From: a phage
DNA: 64,000 nt
Sequence record: PZ583739.1
Strand: one strand, 5' to 3'
Part shown: positions 50,756 through 60,344 of the stretch, piece by piece
How positions within the stretch are numbered: position 1 is the first letter of the stretch
Layout: every line of letters begins with the position of its first letter
The notes under the pieces: model-generated
Told to the model about the DNA's origin: nothing
The model's input: only the letters and a program-made list of their open reading frames with translations
Databases searched by the model: none
Translations under genes and position numbers: made by a program

Positions 50756-51100
50756 CTATTTTTGAAGTTGTTCTAAAATAAATCCGCTGGTGTAAAGGCT
50801 TGCATTATACAGGCGGTCAAGAGATAACGAATCCAATCCATAAGCTTCACGAATTGCATTGATAACACTTTCATAACTTGTATAATAAACATCGCGATAA
50901 TCGCGGTCCATAGTCATGCGGAACTTAATAAATTTGTAGAAACCAGTTTCAGGGTCCTGATAGAATGCAAATTCTGCAGACATCAAATTTTTAAGGTTAA
51001 CAGCCTTTGTACCACCTGAATAACTTAAATCAAATGCTTCTGATACGCTAATCTGTTTAAAGAACATAATGTTGCGATTACCAAAAAATACTTTAGACAT
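50756..51100 (-). CDS. hypothetical protein
   Basis: Track ORF 50756..51124; ATG at 51098-51100 with SD GGAAAA gives 114 aa. Confidence 0.45.
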   Translation of the reverse strand: MSKVFFGNRNIMFFKQISVSEAFDLSYSGGTKAVNLKNLMSAEFAFYQDPETGFYKFIKFRMTMDRDYRDVYYTSYESVINAIREAYGLDSLSLDRLYNASLYTSGFILEQLQK

Positions 51101-51110
51101 AATATTTTCC

Positions 51111-51323
51111 TTATTCAGCGTCAACAGAAATAGCCATCAGTTCATCAACGGTAAGGCACTGTACACTAGGGCCTACACAAAAACGCTTAGTTGAATCATA
51201 AAGGTCCGTAGCATTAACAGGTTGTAATTCGGTCCCAACTTGCAAAGGAGAAATGCGAATCAGTTGTTGGCCATTATGTAATACAAAGCTCTCGCCGACT
51301 ACCACATCTTTAAAAAGTTTCAT
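51111..51323 (-). CDS. hypothetical protein
   Basis: 70 aa ORF. Confidence 0.4.
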   Translation of the reverse strand: MKLFKDVVVGESFVLHNGQQLIRISPLQVGTELQPVNATDLYDSTKRFCVGPSVQCLTVDELMAISVDAE

Positions 51324-51340
51324 AATGTTTTCCTCAGAAG

Positions 51341-51529
51341 TTAAAGAATTTCTTCAATTTGGATGTATTTGCTATAACCTTCCTCAATGAGGATATCACG
51401 AGCACAATCAGCACTGATATAAGCATTAAAGCTAAGGGTTGCAATCACTTTACCGTGCAGCTTTACTTTATAAATTCGATTACCCATAATATTTTCCTCA
51501 GAAGTTAAAGAATACACGTACATGGTCAA
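51341..51529 (-). CDS. hypothetical protein
   Basis: 62 aa ORF; start may be an internal ATG. Confidence 0.35.
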   Translation of the reverse strand: MTMYVYSLTSEENIMGNRIYKVKLHGKVIATLSFNAYISADCARDILIEEGYSKYIQIEEIL

Positions 51530-51822
51530 TCATAAAAACGATTGGGAAAATGCTCAATACCATTAACAACACAAACATGTTCCAAATGACTTTAAGTAAC
51601 TTTTTCATAATCATCTCCAGCAGTTGATAGGTTCATTATACTACAACCACCGGAGATGTACAACTCTTTTATGCAAGTTTCATTAATAATAAACTAAAAC
51701 AAACGCAAATTACTGGGATACACAACATCCAGATAAGACACCAGGTTTTGCTGCTCAAAATATCACCTCTTTTATTTCAATCAGACCCCTGTGCAATGCG
51801 GTGCGAAGGTCATAAAGAATAT

Positions 51823-52020
51823 CTATGCCATCAACATTATCCAGTTTTCCATCAATAAGCTTTTTAAATCACGCTTTGATGCAACTAGCGGGCGAAGAAA
51901 TTTACATTCAGAAAGAGACAATTCTGTAGTAATATCATCACCATCACCTGACGCATCATACATGGCAGCAACAACCATACCTGTAACTTTGTGCTTGGCG
52001 TAATATAATTTGATATCCAT
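51823..52020 (-). CDS. hypothetical protein
   Basis: ATG at 52018-52020 preceded by leader catgaggaaaacaaaATG (also seen at 8013 and 18484); 65 aa. Confidence 0.4.
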   Translation of the reverse strand: MDIKLYYAKHKVTGMVVAAMYDASGDGDDITTELSLSECKFLRPLVASKRDLKSLLMENWIMLMA

Positions 52021-52030
52021 TTTGTTTTCC

Positions 52031-52186
52031 TCATGCATAACGATTGTATGTATTTTTGCGACACGCGTAAAATTGACGCTCAGTAACTGCAAAACTTTTT
52101 CCGCGCTGTTGCATTAATTTAAAAAATTCAGTAATATCGCCATTAACTTCAAGGTATAAAGTCATTGCATATTGAGCAGGTTTCAT
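52031..52186 (-). CDS. small ORF (51 aa), not in the ORF track
   Basis: ATG at 52184-52186 preceded by conserved leader ...actggagaataaaATG; MKPAQYAMTLYLEVNGD... Confidence 0.35.
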   Translation of the reverse strand: MKPAQYAMTLYLEVNGDITEFFKLMQQRGKSFAVTERQFYACRKNTYNRYA

Positions 52187-52211
52187 TTTATTCTCCAGTC
52201 TGTTTGGTAAC

Positions 52212-52254
52212 TCAGTATGGAATCATTATACAATAGACTCCATACTGATGTACA
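52212..52254 (-). promoter_or_regulatory. early promoter embedded in stem-loop (PeSL-like)
   Basis: Minus strand TGTACA, 18 nt, TATAAT; 10-bp inverted repeat tcagtatgga/tccatactga brackets the -10. Confidence 0.5.
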
Positions 52255-52265
52255 CTACTTTTTAA

Positions 52266-52541
52266 TTAATTGTGCATTTGTTCTTTAACTTCTTTATATG
52301 CGCCAACTGCATTCACGACCCCAGTAAAATCTGCAGTCCCACGATATAGATAGAAAGCAATTTCAGTCAGGTGGTATACTTCAAATTCTGAAAGATAAAT
52401 GATAACGTCATAATATGCAACTTGACCCTGGACTTCGTTGAATGCCACATCAAAAATTTCATGGGTTGGAAAATTGATGTTGTTGTTTTTGAGTGCTTGG
52501 ATAAGGATTTGTTTGATGTTGTGAGTAGTAACGTGTTCCAT
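52266..52541 (-). CDS. hypothetical protein
   Basis: Track ORF 52266..52646 overlaps its upstream neighbour; ATG with SD GAGGA gives 91 aa (MEHVTTHNIKQ...). Confidence 0.45.
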   Translation of the reverse strand: MEHVTTHNIKQILIQALKNNNINFPTHEIFDVAFNEVQGQVAYYDVIIYLSEFEVYHLTEIAFYLYRGTADFTGVVNAVGAYKEVKEQMHN

Positions 52542-52588
52542 GATAATGTCCTCATTTGTTGGTATGAGGACATTATTACACAGTTGGT

Positions 52589-53185
52589 TCAGCTTGTAAA
52601 CCGGTGATAGGGAAATTTTTCTTCTGAACAAGAACGGAGGTACCAACCATCCCCTTGTGACTTCTGCACAAGACCAGACTCAGGAACGAAAGCACCAGGT
52701 CCAGCAAGGAATTTTGGTTTAAATCTATAACCTTTGAGAGTCTCTTTTACATTAAACATAATCATAAGGTCAGCAAGCTTGTGTTGCATAAAAGGACCAA
52801 GATTGACCCCGTAACCATGCGGATAATCACCCTGGTGACCAGTATGCACGGATATCCATTTGGAACCAGACTGATGAGTCTTGACTTCGATTCTTACCCC
52901 TTCCTTCGAAACTACATCAAATGCAAAGGAATAAGGATTATCGTAATCTTCATCACCGCCACATAAAAAACCGGAGGTCCATTTAGCAATAGCTTGTTCA
53001 GCCATTGTGGCCACCATACATCTTTGCATGACTTGCTCACGGTCCTGACCTGGGTCTTTACGCAATGAATACCTAGCCGTGTCTACAATCTTTTGCAGGG
53101 ATTCAGGGGTTAAGTCTTCCTTTGTATAAAGAAAGGAGGGCATCTTTTTCAGATGCTCCCATGTTTTACTCTTCTGAATCATCAG
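52589..53185 (-). CDS. hypothetical protein (T4 denB position; identity unconfirmed)
   Basis: Track start is TTG at 53266; ATG at 53180-53182 (adopted end coordinate 53185 is approximate within a few nt) gives about 198 aa; lies between rIIB and the ndd-proximal genes. Confidence 0.35.
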   Translation of the reverse strand: MMIQKSKTWEHLKKMPSFLYTKEDLTPESLQKIVDTARYSLRKDPGQDREQVMQRCMVATMAEQAIAKWTSGFLCGGDEDYDNPYSFAFDVVSKEGVRIEVKTHQSGSKWISVHTGHQGDYPHGYGVNLGPFMQHKLADLMIMFNVKETLKGYRFKPKFLAGPGAFVPESGLVQKSQGDGWYLRSCSEEKFPYHRFTS

Positions 53186-53186
53186 C

Positions 53187-53507
53187 TCATCCTTTAAAAT
53201 ACATATCGGATTTTTCGACAATATCCAAAGAATTTTGCTCAGCTTGCTCTTGATAATCACTGCCAATATAAACTTTGTCTACATGAACGACGCCATAATA
53301 AATTCTGGCACTTTCGGCTAGAGTGGAATGGTCCAGACTACGAAGTTCTTCTTTCGTTGCAAGAATGATGTCTCTCGCATATAACCGGCCAGTTGACTTT
53401 GTAGAAGCATAATGGCAATCAACACAATAAACAATATCCGCAACATGATTACCATGCAACCGAATTTCGTTAATAGATTCATCACCAACGTTCATATAGT
53501 TAATCAT
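53187..53507 (-). CDS. hypothetical protein
   Basis: 106 aa ORF. Confidence 0.4.
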   Translation of the reverse strand: MINYMNVGDESINEIRLHGNHVADIVYCVDCHYASTKSTGRLYARDIILATKEELRSLDHSTLAESARIYYGVVHVDKVYIGSDYQEQAEQNSLDIVEKSDMYFKG

Positions 53508-53510
53508 AAT

Positions 53511-53708
53511 TTATTCACCAAAATAAGAGATACGAACTGCCAGTATATGAGCATAAGCGCCCATCGCGTCGAGTTGTGCAATCAAAAGACCTTGTTGACG
53601 GATGTCAAGAGTTTCAAAAACACCGCCCTTAATAAATTCTTCAAGAGCATTGATTTTCAAAACCAGCTGGTCGTATTCTTCAACTACACGTGCTTGGAAA
53701 CCTAACAT
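53511..53708 (-). CDS. hypothetical protein
   Basis: 65 aa ORF directly downstream of rIIB. Confidence 0.4.
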   Translation of the reverse strand: MLGFQARVVEEYDQLVLKINALEEFIKGGVFETLDIRQQGLLIAQLDAMGAYAHILAVRISYFGE

Positions 53709-53720
53709 AAAGCCTCATTA

Positions 53721-53734
53721 GGGGCCGAAGCCCC
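53721..53734 (-). other. GC hairpin with tetraloop between rIIB and the next gene
   Basis: ggggc-cgaa-gcccc (UUCG-type loop on the minus strand); no strong T-run, so may be an RNA stability or processing element rather than a terminator. Confidence 0.4.
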
Positions 53735-53741
53735 GATTAAT

Positions 53742-54713
53742 TTAAAATTGTTCAGTTACATCATCAAGGACCAGGTAACCACAGACCCTCATCTTACTAT
53801 CCCCATAATCCACCGGGATACTTACAACATCACGCGGGTGAACTTTACAGGATACGATGCGTCCATCACCATGACCAAAACCACTTCCGATATAGCCTTT
53901 AGAGCAAACATGCAACCCGGTTGAACAGGTCTGTTCGTCATTGTCATTCACACGAGAGCGCGGCATTTTAACATATTGACCAGGGCTGTTGTCGAATGTG
54001 TTTGAGTGACAATCTTTGTAAGTTGCACGAACCATTTTCCATGCGATGAAATGACCGTCTTCGGTGATTTCGATATCGTTTGCAACCAGGAAGTCAAACA
54101 AACGCTGTACAGCTTTCTCACTCGGATTCTCAAGGAGATTCTCAAGGAACGGCAGATAGAATTCAAAGTCTTCACCATTTTGCATTGAATCAATGATACG
54201 AGTAACCAGGCCAGAGCGCAGTTCAATTCCCTGATAGAACAAACTACCACCTTCAATACGCACATCACCTTTCACATATTTTTGTACTGCAGCTTTGATT
54301 GAGATAAACTCGATAGCATCTTCATAACGGAATTCAATCAATGCCTGAATAATATCATCAAAGTGTTTATGGTCTTTTGTTGCGTTCCAGACTGTACGGC
54401 CTTCAGTGATGGAAACGAATTTACTCGATGCGTTCCATACGATTTCCGGGCGGCTTCCACCGATTGTATCAGTAACCGGGACTTCAACCGTTACTGTCAC
54501 CGGAGCATTAATCGCCACGCCAACAGCTGCTTTCAGTGATGCAGAAATGGTTTTAGCTAATTTTGATTCTTTATCATTTTTCAAAACGCGGCGAATGGTG
54601 TCGACGGACACGGCAAAATATTCTGCCAATTCAGGCTGGGTATAATTGCCTGTTGAATACATCTGGACCACATCAGCTTGTTCGGCTTTAGACATACATT
54701 TGATATTAAACAT
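53742..54713 (-). CDS. rIIB: rIIB protein
   Basis: 323 aa; MFNIKCMSKAEQADVVQMYSTGNYTQPELAEYFAVSVDTIRRVLKN and the C-terminal half closely match T4 rIIB. Confidence 0.9.
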   Translation of the reverse strand: MFNIKCMSKAEQADVVQMYSTGNYTQPELAEYFAVSVDTIRRVLKNDKESKLAKTISASLKAAVGVAINAPVTVTVEVPVTDTIGGSRPEIVWNASSKFVSITEGRTVWNATKDHKHFDDIIQALIEFRYEDAIEFISIKAAVQKYVKGDVRIEGGSLFYQGIELRSGLVTRIIDSMQNGEDFEFYLPFLENLLENPSEKAVQRLFDFLVANDIEITEDGHFIAWKMVRATYKDCHSNTFDNSPGQYVKMPRSRVNDNDEQTCSTGLHVCSKGYIGSGFGHGDGRIVSCKVHPRDVVSIPVDYGDSKMRVCGYLVLDDVTEQF

Positions 54714-54714
54714 A

Positions 54715-56949
54715 TTATTCCTTATTGGCCGCTTCCACGGCCTTCATGATTTGAGCAACGTTCTGTACTTGTTCAGTTGACATAGCGTTACGGTTATATA
54801 AAAAGTGTGAAACAATCGGGTGATTCTTTTCAAATTCAAAAACCATTTTATCGCTTGTTACTGAAGCGTTTTTGGTCAGGTCGTAATAAATCTTATTACA
54901 AAGGACCAGTGTTTCCTGCATGGTTTTATCAACCGTTCCACTGTTATATGCGTTATAAGCAAAGAACTTATTGAACTGCATTAGTTCGGCATAGTCAGTA
55001 TTCACATCTTTCTGAACATCTTTTGCATAAAAATACTTGAACATAAAATTCAGTTCTGCATATTCAGACAGGATAGGAATATAATAACGCGAACGGCTTG
55101 AAGCGGCAATGTACTGGTCCACATCAACCGCATCAATCAATTCTACATAACGATTGACCGCAGCTTCAATCAGACAATCACACTGCGTCAGCTTGGTAAC
55201 CTTTTTCTGAAGCTGTGGACGAATAACACAGAATTCATTGATTTCCAACAGGTTTGCCAGTTTACACAATGTCTGGGTCCCGAAGGTCGTGGTGCCATAT
55301 TCCTGATTCAACGGGGAAATGCTACTGCGGTTAATGAATACAGCATAACCATCGATTTCCTCTGCATCAGCTGCACATGTAAATTCTTCAACAGACTGCC
55401 ATTTGCCATTAGTTTTAGTCCAACGAATCACCGATGGAGTCTTTGACTTAACACGCTCTTTCGGGTCCGCAACCGGAATCCAGTCTTTTACAAGGGCAGT
55501 CAGTTCAGACGTACGATAGATATTAACTGTATCGCCTTTAAATCGTTCCTGGAGTTGAACCATCAACCGTGTTTGAATTTCGCTGGTCGGGTCAACAAAC
55601 AGTAAACTACTACCCTGACGAGTCGGGACTTTACCAGATGCAATAAGCTTTTTGGCTTTTGCACTGGTATCATACAACATTGAACTGATACCGCGAATCA
55701 TCGCAATTCGCCCTTTAACATCATCAATAACAATGTTCAAGGTATCATTCTGAATACCAAACATGCTCGTCAGACTTGCTGTGTTCGAGTTTGAGCTTGA
55801 GTTGCGCAGACGTTTCAGACGAGTGTCACGATAGATATCATAAACAACCCCGGCATTAATAAGGTCTTTGTCCAGCTCGAACATTTCGTACATCTGGTTA
55901 AAGGTCAATTGTGATTTCGTAAATTTCGTTTCAGCATTACGAGCTTTCAGAAAATTACGAGCTTCATAATTCAGATTCTGCAATTCGCGATATGTATGGC
56001 GGAGACATTCTGATTCCTGCCATTTCTTACAATCGTCTTCCATGACTTTCTTATCAAGGGTTTCAATACGTTCAACGATATTTGCGACCGTACGTTTGTC
56101 CAGCGATAATGCTTCACGAGAAGGTGCGATATCCAGCGAACCCATCGGGAACTTAATAAAGACAACATCATTTTTGGCAGTCATCCAGGTTTTCTTTGTA
56201 TACCCGCCATCAATCGGATAAACAATTCCGCCATAAATTGCATAAAGTCCATAACGTTCTGGGCTGCTATAATCAATACGCTCTGGAGCATAATAATCAT
56301 CAAATTCCGGGAAATAATTAATTTCGCCTACGCCTTGTACTTCAGCCAGTCCAGCAAATGGGCGCATGATATATGCAATCTCGTGGCGGAACTTACCAAA
56401 ATCATTACTATCAACCGGGACAACAACTTCAATCCCTGTGCGGTCGCCAGGTTTCATTGGTTCGCTAAAGGTTGGCTTAATCTGTGGACCATCGCCGTCC
56501 ATATAAGCGACATAACCATTAACTTGACCATCATGATATGAAATCAGGCTAAACGTCTCTGTATAACTGAACGGAGATTTAGAACCCAGACCAAAGCCAC
56601 CAATAAAATCGTTGGATTCAGCCTTGGATGATGCAAAGAAACTGTTATACAGACCTGGGGTATTTTCATCACCACGAATCTGGAAATCACTCATACCTGG
56701 ACCAAAGTCACGACATACAAAACGTGGGTCCAGTTCGCCAGGAGCTTGAACAATGAATTTATCCTGACAGCCATTGAGCATATGAGCATCAATCATATTG
56801 GTAATCAGCTCACGAACAACCGCGCGCACCTTGTTTGTATAAAGGTCGCTGGTCAGAATCTTAAACACCTTTGGAGATGCCTGGATTGTGAATGCTGATG
56901 CTTTGGCACCATTACCAAGGATTGTTTCTTTTTCAGTTTCTAAAATCAT
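54715..56949 (-). CDS. rIIA: rIIA protein (GHKL-type ATPase fold)
   Basis: 744 aa; ETILGNGAKASAFTIQAS...RELITNMIDAH...FIGGFGLGSKSPF match T4 rIIA. Confidence 0.9.
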   Translation of the reverse strand: MILETEKETILGNGAKASAFTIQASPKVFKILTSDLYTNKVRAVVRELITNMIDAHMLNGCQDKFIVQAPGELDPRFVCRDFGPGMSDFQIRGDENTPGLYNSFFASSKAESNDFIGGFGLGSKSPFSYTETFSLISYHDGQVNGYVAYMDGDGPQIKPTFSEPMKPGDRTGIEVVVPVDSNDFGKFRHEIAYIMRPFAGLAEVQGVGEINYFPEFDDYYAPERIDYSSPERYGLYAIYGGIVYPIDGGYTKKTWMTAKNDVVFIKFPMGSLDIAPSREALSLDKRTVANIVERIETLDKKVMEDDCKKWQESECLRHTYRELQNLNYEARNFLKARNAETKFTKSQLTFNQMYEMFELDKDLINAGVVYDIYRDTRLKRLRNSSSNSNTASLTSMFGIQNDTLNIVIDDVKGRIAMIRGISSMLYDTSAKAKKLIASGKVPTRQGSSLLFVDPTSEIQTRLMVQLQERFKGDTVNIYRTSELTALVKDWIPVADPKERVKSKTPSVIRWTKTNGKWQSVEEFTCAADAEEIDGYAVFINRSSISPLNQEYGTTTFGTQTLCKLANLLEINEFCVIRPQLQKKVTKLTQCDCLIEAAVNRYVELIDAVDVDQYIAASSRSRYYIPILSEYAELNFMFKYFYAKDVQKDVNTDYAELMQFNKFFAYNAYNSGTVDKTMQETLVLCNKIYYDLTKNASVTSDKMVFEFEKNHPIVSHFLYNRNAMSTEQVQNVAQIMKAVEAANKE

Positions 56950-56956
56950 GTTTTTC

Positions 56957-57166
56957 TCACTTTATGTTACGTTTGATTAATTCTGCAACTTCAAGAAGTT
57001 CATCCTTTGTTGCGGTGTCTGAAGCTATTTTAATACGGATTTCTTTGAAGCGTTCTTTAAACTCTTCAGCTTCTCTTATATCAAAAAATCGTTGGATAAC
57101 ACGGTATTCTTTATGGATAGCCTTATCAAACAGTTCCATATTAACTTTGAAGTTCGTCATTTCCAA
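56957..57166 (-). CDS. hypothetical protein
   Basis: 69 aa ORF between gene 39 and rIIA. Confidence 0.4.
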   Translation of the reverse strand: MEMTNFKVNMELFDKAIHKEYRVIQRFFDIREAEEFKERFKEIRIKIASDTATKDELLEVAELIKRNIK

Positions 57167-57425
57167 TCTCCTGCAATATTTTTCTCATACTACGCATGGT
57201 AGCTTTATGTTCTTGGCCATGGTATATCAATGCAAGGAGTGCTTCAATTCGCTCCTCAGGGACCTTCTGGCCAGCCTTAATGCTCATGGCTGTTGTTCTT
57301 ACCGCTAACAAGTAACTTCGCTTCCTGTCGTTATCTGGGAGCCCCTGCACCTTCCTCAGGCCTGCTTCCATAATACACCGTGCGACATTTTGCAGATTAA
57401 CTAAACTTCCGTCAGACATAATCAT
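57141..57425 (-). CDS. hypothetical protein
   Basis: 94 aa ORF downstream of the early promoter at 57443-57471. Confidence 0.4.
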   Translation of the reverse strand: MIMSDGSLVNLQNVARCIMEAGLRKVQGLPDNDRKRSYLLAVRTTAMSIKAGQKVPEERIEALLALIYHGQEHKATMRSMRKILQEIGNDELQS

Positions 57426-57442
57426 ATTTTCACCTCAAAGAC

Positions 57443-57497
57443 ATATTAACACACTTTTTGTGGCTTGTACATAATAAAAAAGGACCCGAAGGTCCTT
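57443..57497 (-). promoter_or_regulatory. terminator hairpin followed by early promoter (PeSL-like cassette)
   Basis: Minus strand aggacc-ttcg-ggtcct hairpin plus TTTTTTATT, then TGTACA, 17 nt, TAATAT. Confidence 0.5.
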
Positions 57498-57501
57498 TTG
57501 G

Positions 57502-57654
57502 CTACTCAACTTTATAGACTTGCCCATATGCGGTATAGTATTCACCATCCCAGGTCTCGCACATAATGGTGACAAAGGATGCAAACAGAGGTTTAGTCTC
57601 GGCCCACAGATAACCGTATTCGCCATTTGACAACGTAACCCACCACTTTTTCAT
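57502..57654 (-). CDS. small ORF (50 aa), not in the ORF track
   Basis: ATG at 57652-57654 with SD AGGAGAAG; MKKWWVTLSNGEYGYLWAETKPLF...; preferred over the overlapping track ORF 57435..57626. Confidence 0.35.
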   Translation of the reverse strand: MKKWWVTLSNGEYGYLWAETKPLFASFVTIMCETWDGEYYTAYGQVYKVE

Positions 57655-57693
57655 GGACTTCTCCTATAAGACGGGAGAATATTCTCCCGTATC

Positions 57694-57701
57694 TATTTAT
57701 A
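57694..57701 (-). promoter_or_regulatory. T4-type late promoter motif (TATAAATA) overlapping the gene 39 stop
   Basis: Minus strand TATAAATA immediately upstream of a 20-bp palindrome and the small ORF at 57502..57654. Confidence 0.4.
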
Positions 57702-59529
57702 GCGTCGCATTCATCCAGTCTTTACGCTGCTGGGAATCTTTACCGAATAGCATTTCGAACAGTTCTTTCCAATTGTCGGGCAATTGAACAACTTCGAATA
57801 CTGGCTCGAGCAATACGCGTTTGTACTCTGAATCTTCCAGAGAACCAAGCCCCTTGATATATCGAATGGTATGCTTCGGAAGTTTATCCTTAGCTTCTTC
57901 GTAATCAGGAAGAGAATAGAACCATTCTTGTTTATCTTTGAGCTGTGCAATAATAACAGGAGTTTTCACAAAGCGAATTCGTCCTTCATGGAACAGCTCT
58001 GGCCAGTTACTGAAAAACGCCAATAACGATGGATAGATACTACCAACACCATCCACATCCGCATCTGTCATGATAGCAATGTTTCGGTAATTCATATTCT
58101 CGGCCGGTTGTCCAATCGTTAAACCAGTAATCGCACACACATCAAAGGCTTCAGCGTTCTTCATAACTTCAACAGCTTTCAGACCCCATGTGTTTTTAAA
58201 CTTACCACGTAACGGATAAGCACCTTGCAATTCACGGTCACGAACCTTGATAAACGGACCCGTTGCAGAATCTCCTTCGGTCAGGAATAGAGTCGTTTCC
58301 AGCTTATCATTACCCCATTCGTTGGCTTTGATATGCTTTTGTACCTTGGCCTTTGAAGCTTTCTTATTTGCTTTAGTCTCTGCTGCTTTCTCTGCAGCCA
58401 ATTTACGAGCCAATGCAGCTTCAATGATAGGCGTCAGAATAGCTTCTGATTTTAACAACGAACCAGCTAACTTTTTGCCATCAACCTGGATATGTGATTT
58501 AATTTCACCGGCAGGTGAAGTCAATCGCTCCTTAGTCTGGGAATCAAATCGCATGTTCTTCATATTGCGAATAAACATCAACAATGTAATACATTCTTTA
58601 ACGCGTGCTTTGGTTACTTCAATTTTATACTTGCGTTTAATCGCCGGGATTAACACATCACACATTTCATCCATAACACATTCAATATGGTGACCACCAT
58701 TTTTTGTATGGATTCCGTTAACATAAGTCACATGACGGAAACCATCGGGTGACCGACCAATTGCAATTGAGCAATTATCTTGTTCCTGAATAATGATTTC
58801 ATCATCGTATTGCTTGGCATATTTTTTAAAGTGACCTTGCACTTTTTTACCATTGAACTTGAATTCGATATCCGGATAAATGACTGCAAGAGTCTGGATT
58901 TGGTCAAGCATAATTTGGACATATGTTTCGTCAAAACCAGACGTTTCAAAATTCGAAAAATCCGGAATAAATTTAACTTTAGTTCCTTGCAACTTTGATG
59001 GTTTTGATTTCCATGAAATATTATCAAGTCCATTTGAACAATTAACGGTTAATTCATTTTTCCCATCTGATGTAGTGCCTGTGAACAATATTGAAAAAAT
59101 ATTGGTAAGACTGGACCCAACTCCGTTCATCCCAGTGGTAACACGATTTGCATCATCACTAAAGTTTCCACCCGAACGAACCTTGGTCCATGCAGCGACC
59201 GGCCCAGGAATTTCTTCGCCTTCTGGGGTTACAACAATCGCCTGTGGAATGCCTCGACCATTATCTTCAACGGTCACTTCGTTTGTTTTGATATCAATAT
59301 TCAATGAAATTTTGTTTGCAAATTTAAAATTGGTGCGAATAGCTTCATCAATAGAGTTATTTGCAATTTCTTCGATTAATTTAATTAAACCTGGAACGTA
59401 TTGAACCTTTTTATATTCACCAAACAGAAAAATTTCTTTGTCTTCATTGGTAACACTACCGATGTACATTGATGGGCGAGCTTTTACGTGAGCTACATCA
59501 GAAAGGATTTGAATTTCATTCTTAATCAT
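57697..59529 (-). CDS. 39: DNA topoisomerase II large subunit, fused gp39/gp60 form (GyrB-like ATPase)
   Basis: 610 aa continuous ORF; GHKL ATPase motifs (NSIDEA, EDNGRGIP) at the N-terminus; longer than T4 gp39 (516 aa), consistent with the gp60 part being fused. Confidence 0.9.
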   Translation of the reverse strand: MIKNEIQILSDVAHVKARPSMYIGSVTNEDKEIFLFGEYKKVQYVPGLIKLIEEIANNSIDEAIRTNFKFANKISLNIDIKTNEVTVEDNGRGIPQAIVVTPEGEEIPGPVAAWTKVRSGGNFSDDANRVTTGMNGVGSSLTNIFSILFTGTTSDGKNELTVNCSNGLDNISWKSKPSKLQGTKVKFIPDFSNFETSGFDETYVQIMLDQIQTLAVIYPDIEFKFNGKKVQGHFKKYAKQYDDEIIIQEQDNCSIAIGRSPDGFRHVTYVNGIHTKNGGHHIECVMDEMCDVLIPAIKRKYKIEVTKARVKECITLLMFIRNMKNMRFDSQTKERLTSPAGEIKSHIQVDGKKLAGSLLKSEAILTPIIEAALARKLAAEKAAETKANKKASKAKVQKHIKANEWGNDKLETTLFLTEGDSATGPFIKVRDRELQGAYPLRGKFKNTWGLKAVEVMKNAEAFDVCAITGLTIGQPAENMNYRNIAIMTDADVDGVGSIYPSLLAFFSNWPELFHEGRIRFVKTPVIIAQLKDKQEWFYSLPDYEEAKDKLPKHTIRYIKGLGSLEDSEYKRVLLEPVFEVVQLPDNWKELFEMLFGKDSQQRKDWMNATL

Positions 59530-60322
59530 TTTTGACCTCTAAATTTTTAGTATAACCTAAACATTTCCAACTGGACCATTTTACATCATCGGAATTGCAG
59601 CGTTTTCGTAATGTAGGATAACTAATACCAAGAACTTCGGCGGCTTCTTTTCGGGTTGTGAATATGACCCCATTTATAGAGTACGTTTTAGCCTCGGGAT
59701 TTTTATCACCAGAGAATAATTTTGATAATTTATCTTTGTGTTCAAGAGAAAGATGTTTGCCAAAGAAATGATGATTTTCGCCTGCTTTACGCAGGGAGAC
59801 ATTATAACCAAAATCATCGGGGTATGGCTTTCTTTTAACACCAGTTCCATATATTCTATTATATTCGGTTTTATCTAACAGTTTATTCCGTTTTTTAACG
59901 GCTTCGCCTTTAAGTAAATTAATTTCCGCTTTTCTTGGATGATTGGACATTGTGTCACCACCAAAATCCGCCAACGTTATATTATAACCGTTTTTGATAG
60001 AATTTAATTCAGTTATCCAGAAACTTTCTCTTTTCAAGAAATATTTTTTATTATAAACTTCTATATTTTCTATTAGTTTGCATACAAATGATTCTTTACC
60101 GTATTTGTCATATGCAAACTGTAAATGGCTGTTTATGCCAACACCTTTGGATAAATTCCGAAAATGCGTGGCAATTCTACGATGAAAATCATTTGAACTT
60201 CCTATATAATATTTTTGAGATATTAAATTATAAATTATATAAATCCCACTATTTCCACTCGATGGTGGAATATAATCAGGAAATTTATTTTTTATTATCC
60301 CGAATACTTCATTAATCATCAT
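59522..60322 (-). mobile_element. GIY-YIG homing endonuclease (Seg-like) gene
   Basis: 266 aa; GIYIIYNLISQKYYIGSS GIY-YIG motif; C-terminal helix-turn-helix-like segment EAAEVLGISYPTLRKR; overlaps the gene 39 start by 8 nt. Confidence 0.75.
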
Positions 60323-60344
60323 CTTTCCTCTTGTGTATGGAGGT

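Noticed and set aside
51791-52003. 70-aa plus-strand ORF
   Set aside because: Antisense to the minus-strand gene 51823..52020, which carries the conserved leader; no SD.
53721-53734. GC hairpin after rIIB as an intrinsic terminator
   Set aside because: Stable stem with tetraloop but no downstream U-run on the transcribed strand; reported only as a hairpin of uncertain function.
57435-57626. 63-aa minus-strand track ORF
   Set aside because: Low-complexity, Cys/Leu/Pro-rich translation without an SD; an overlapping 50-aa frame (57502..57654) has a strong SD and plausible composition, so that one was preferred.
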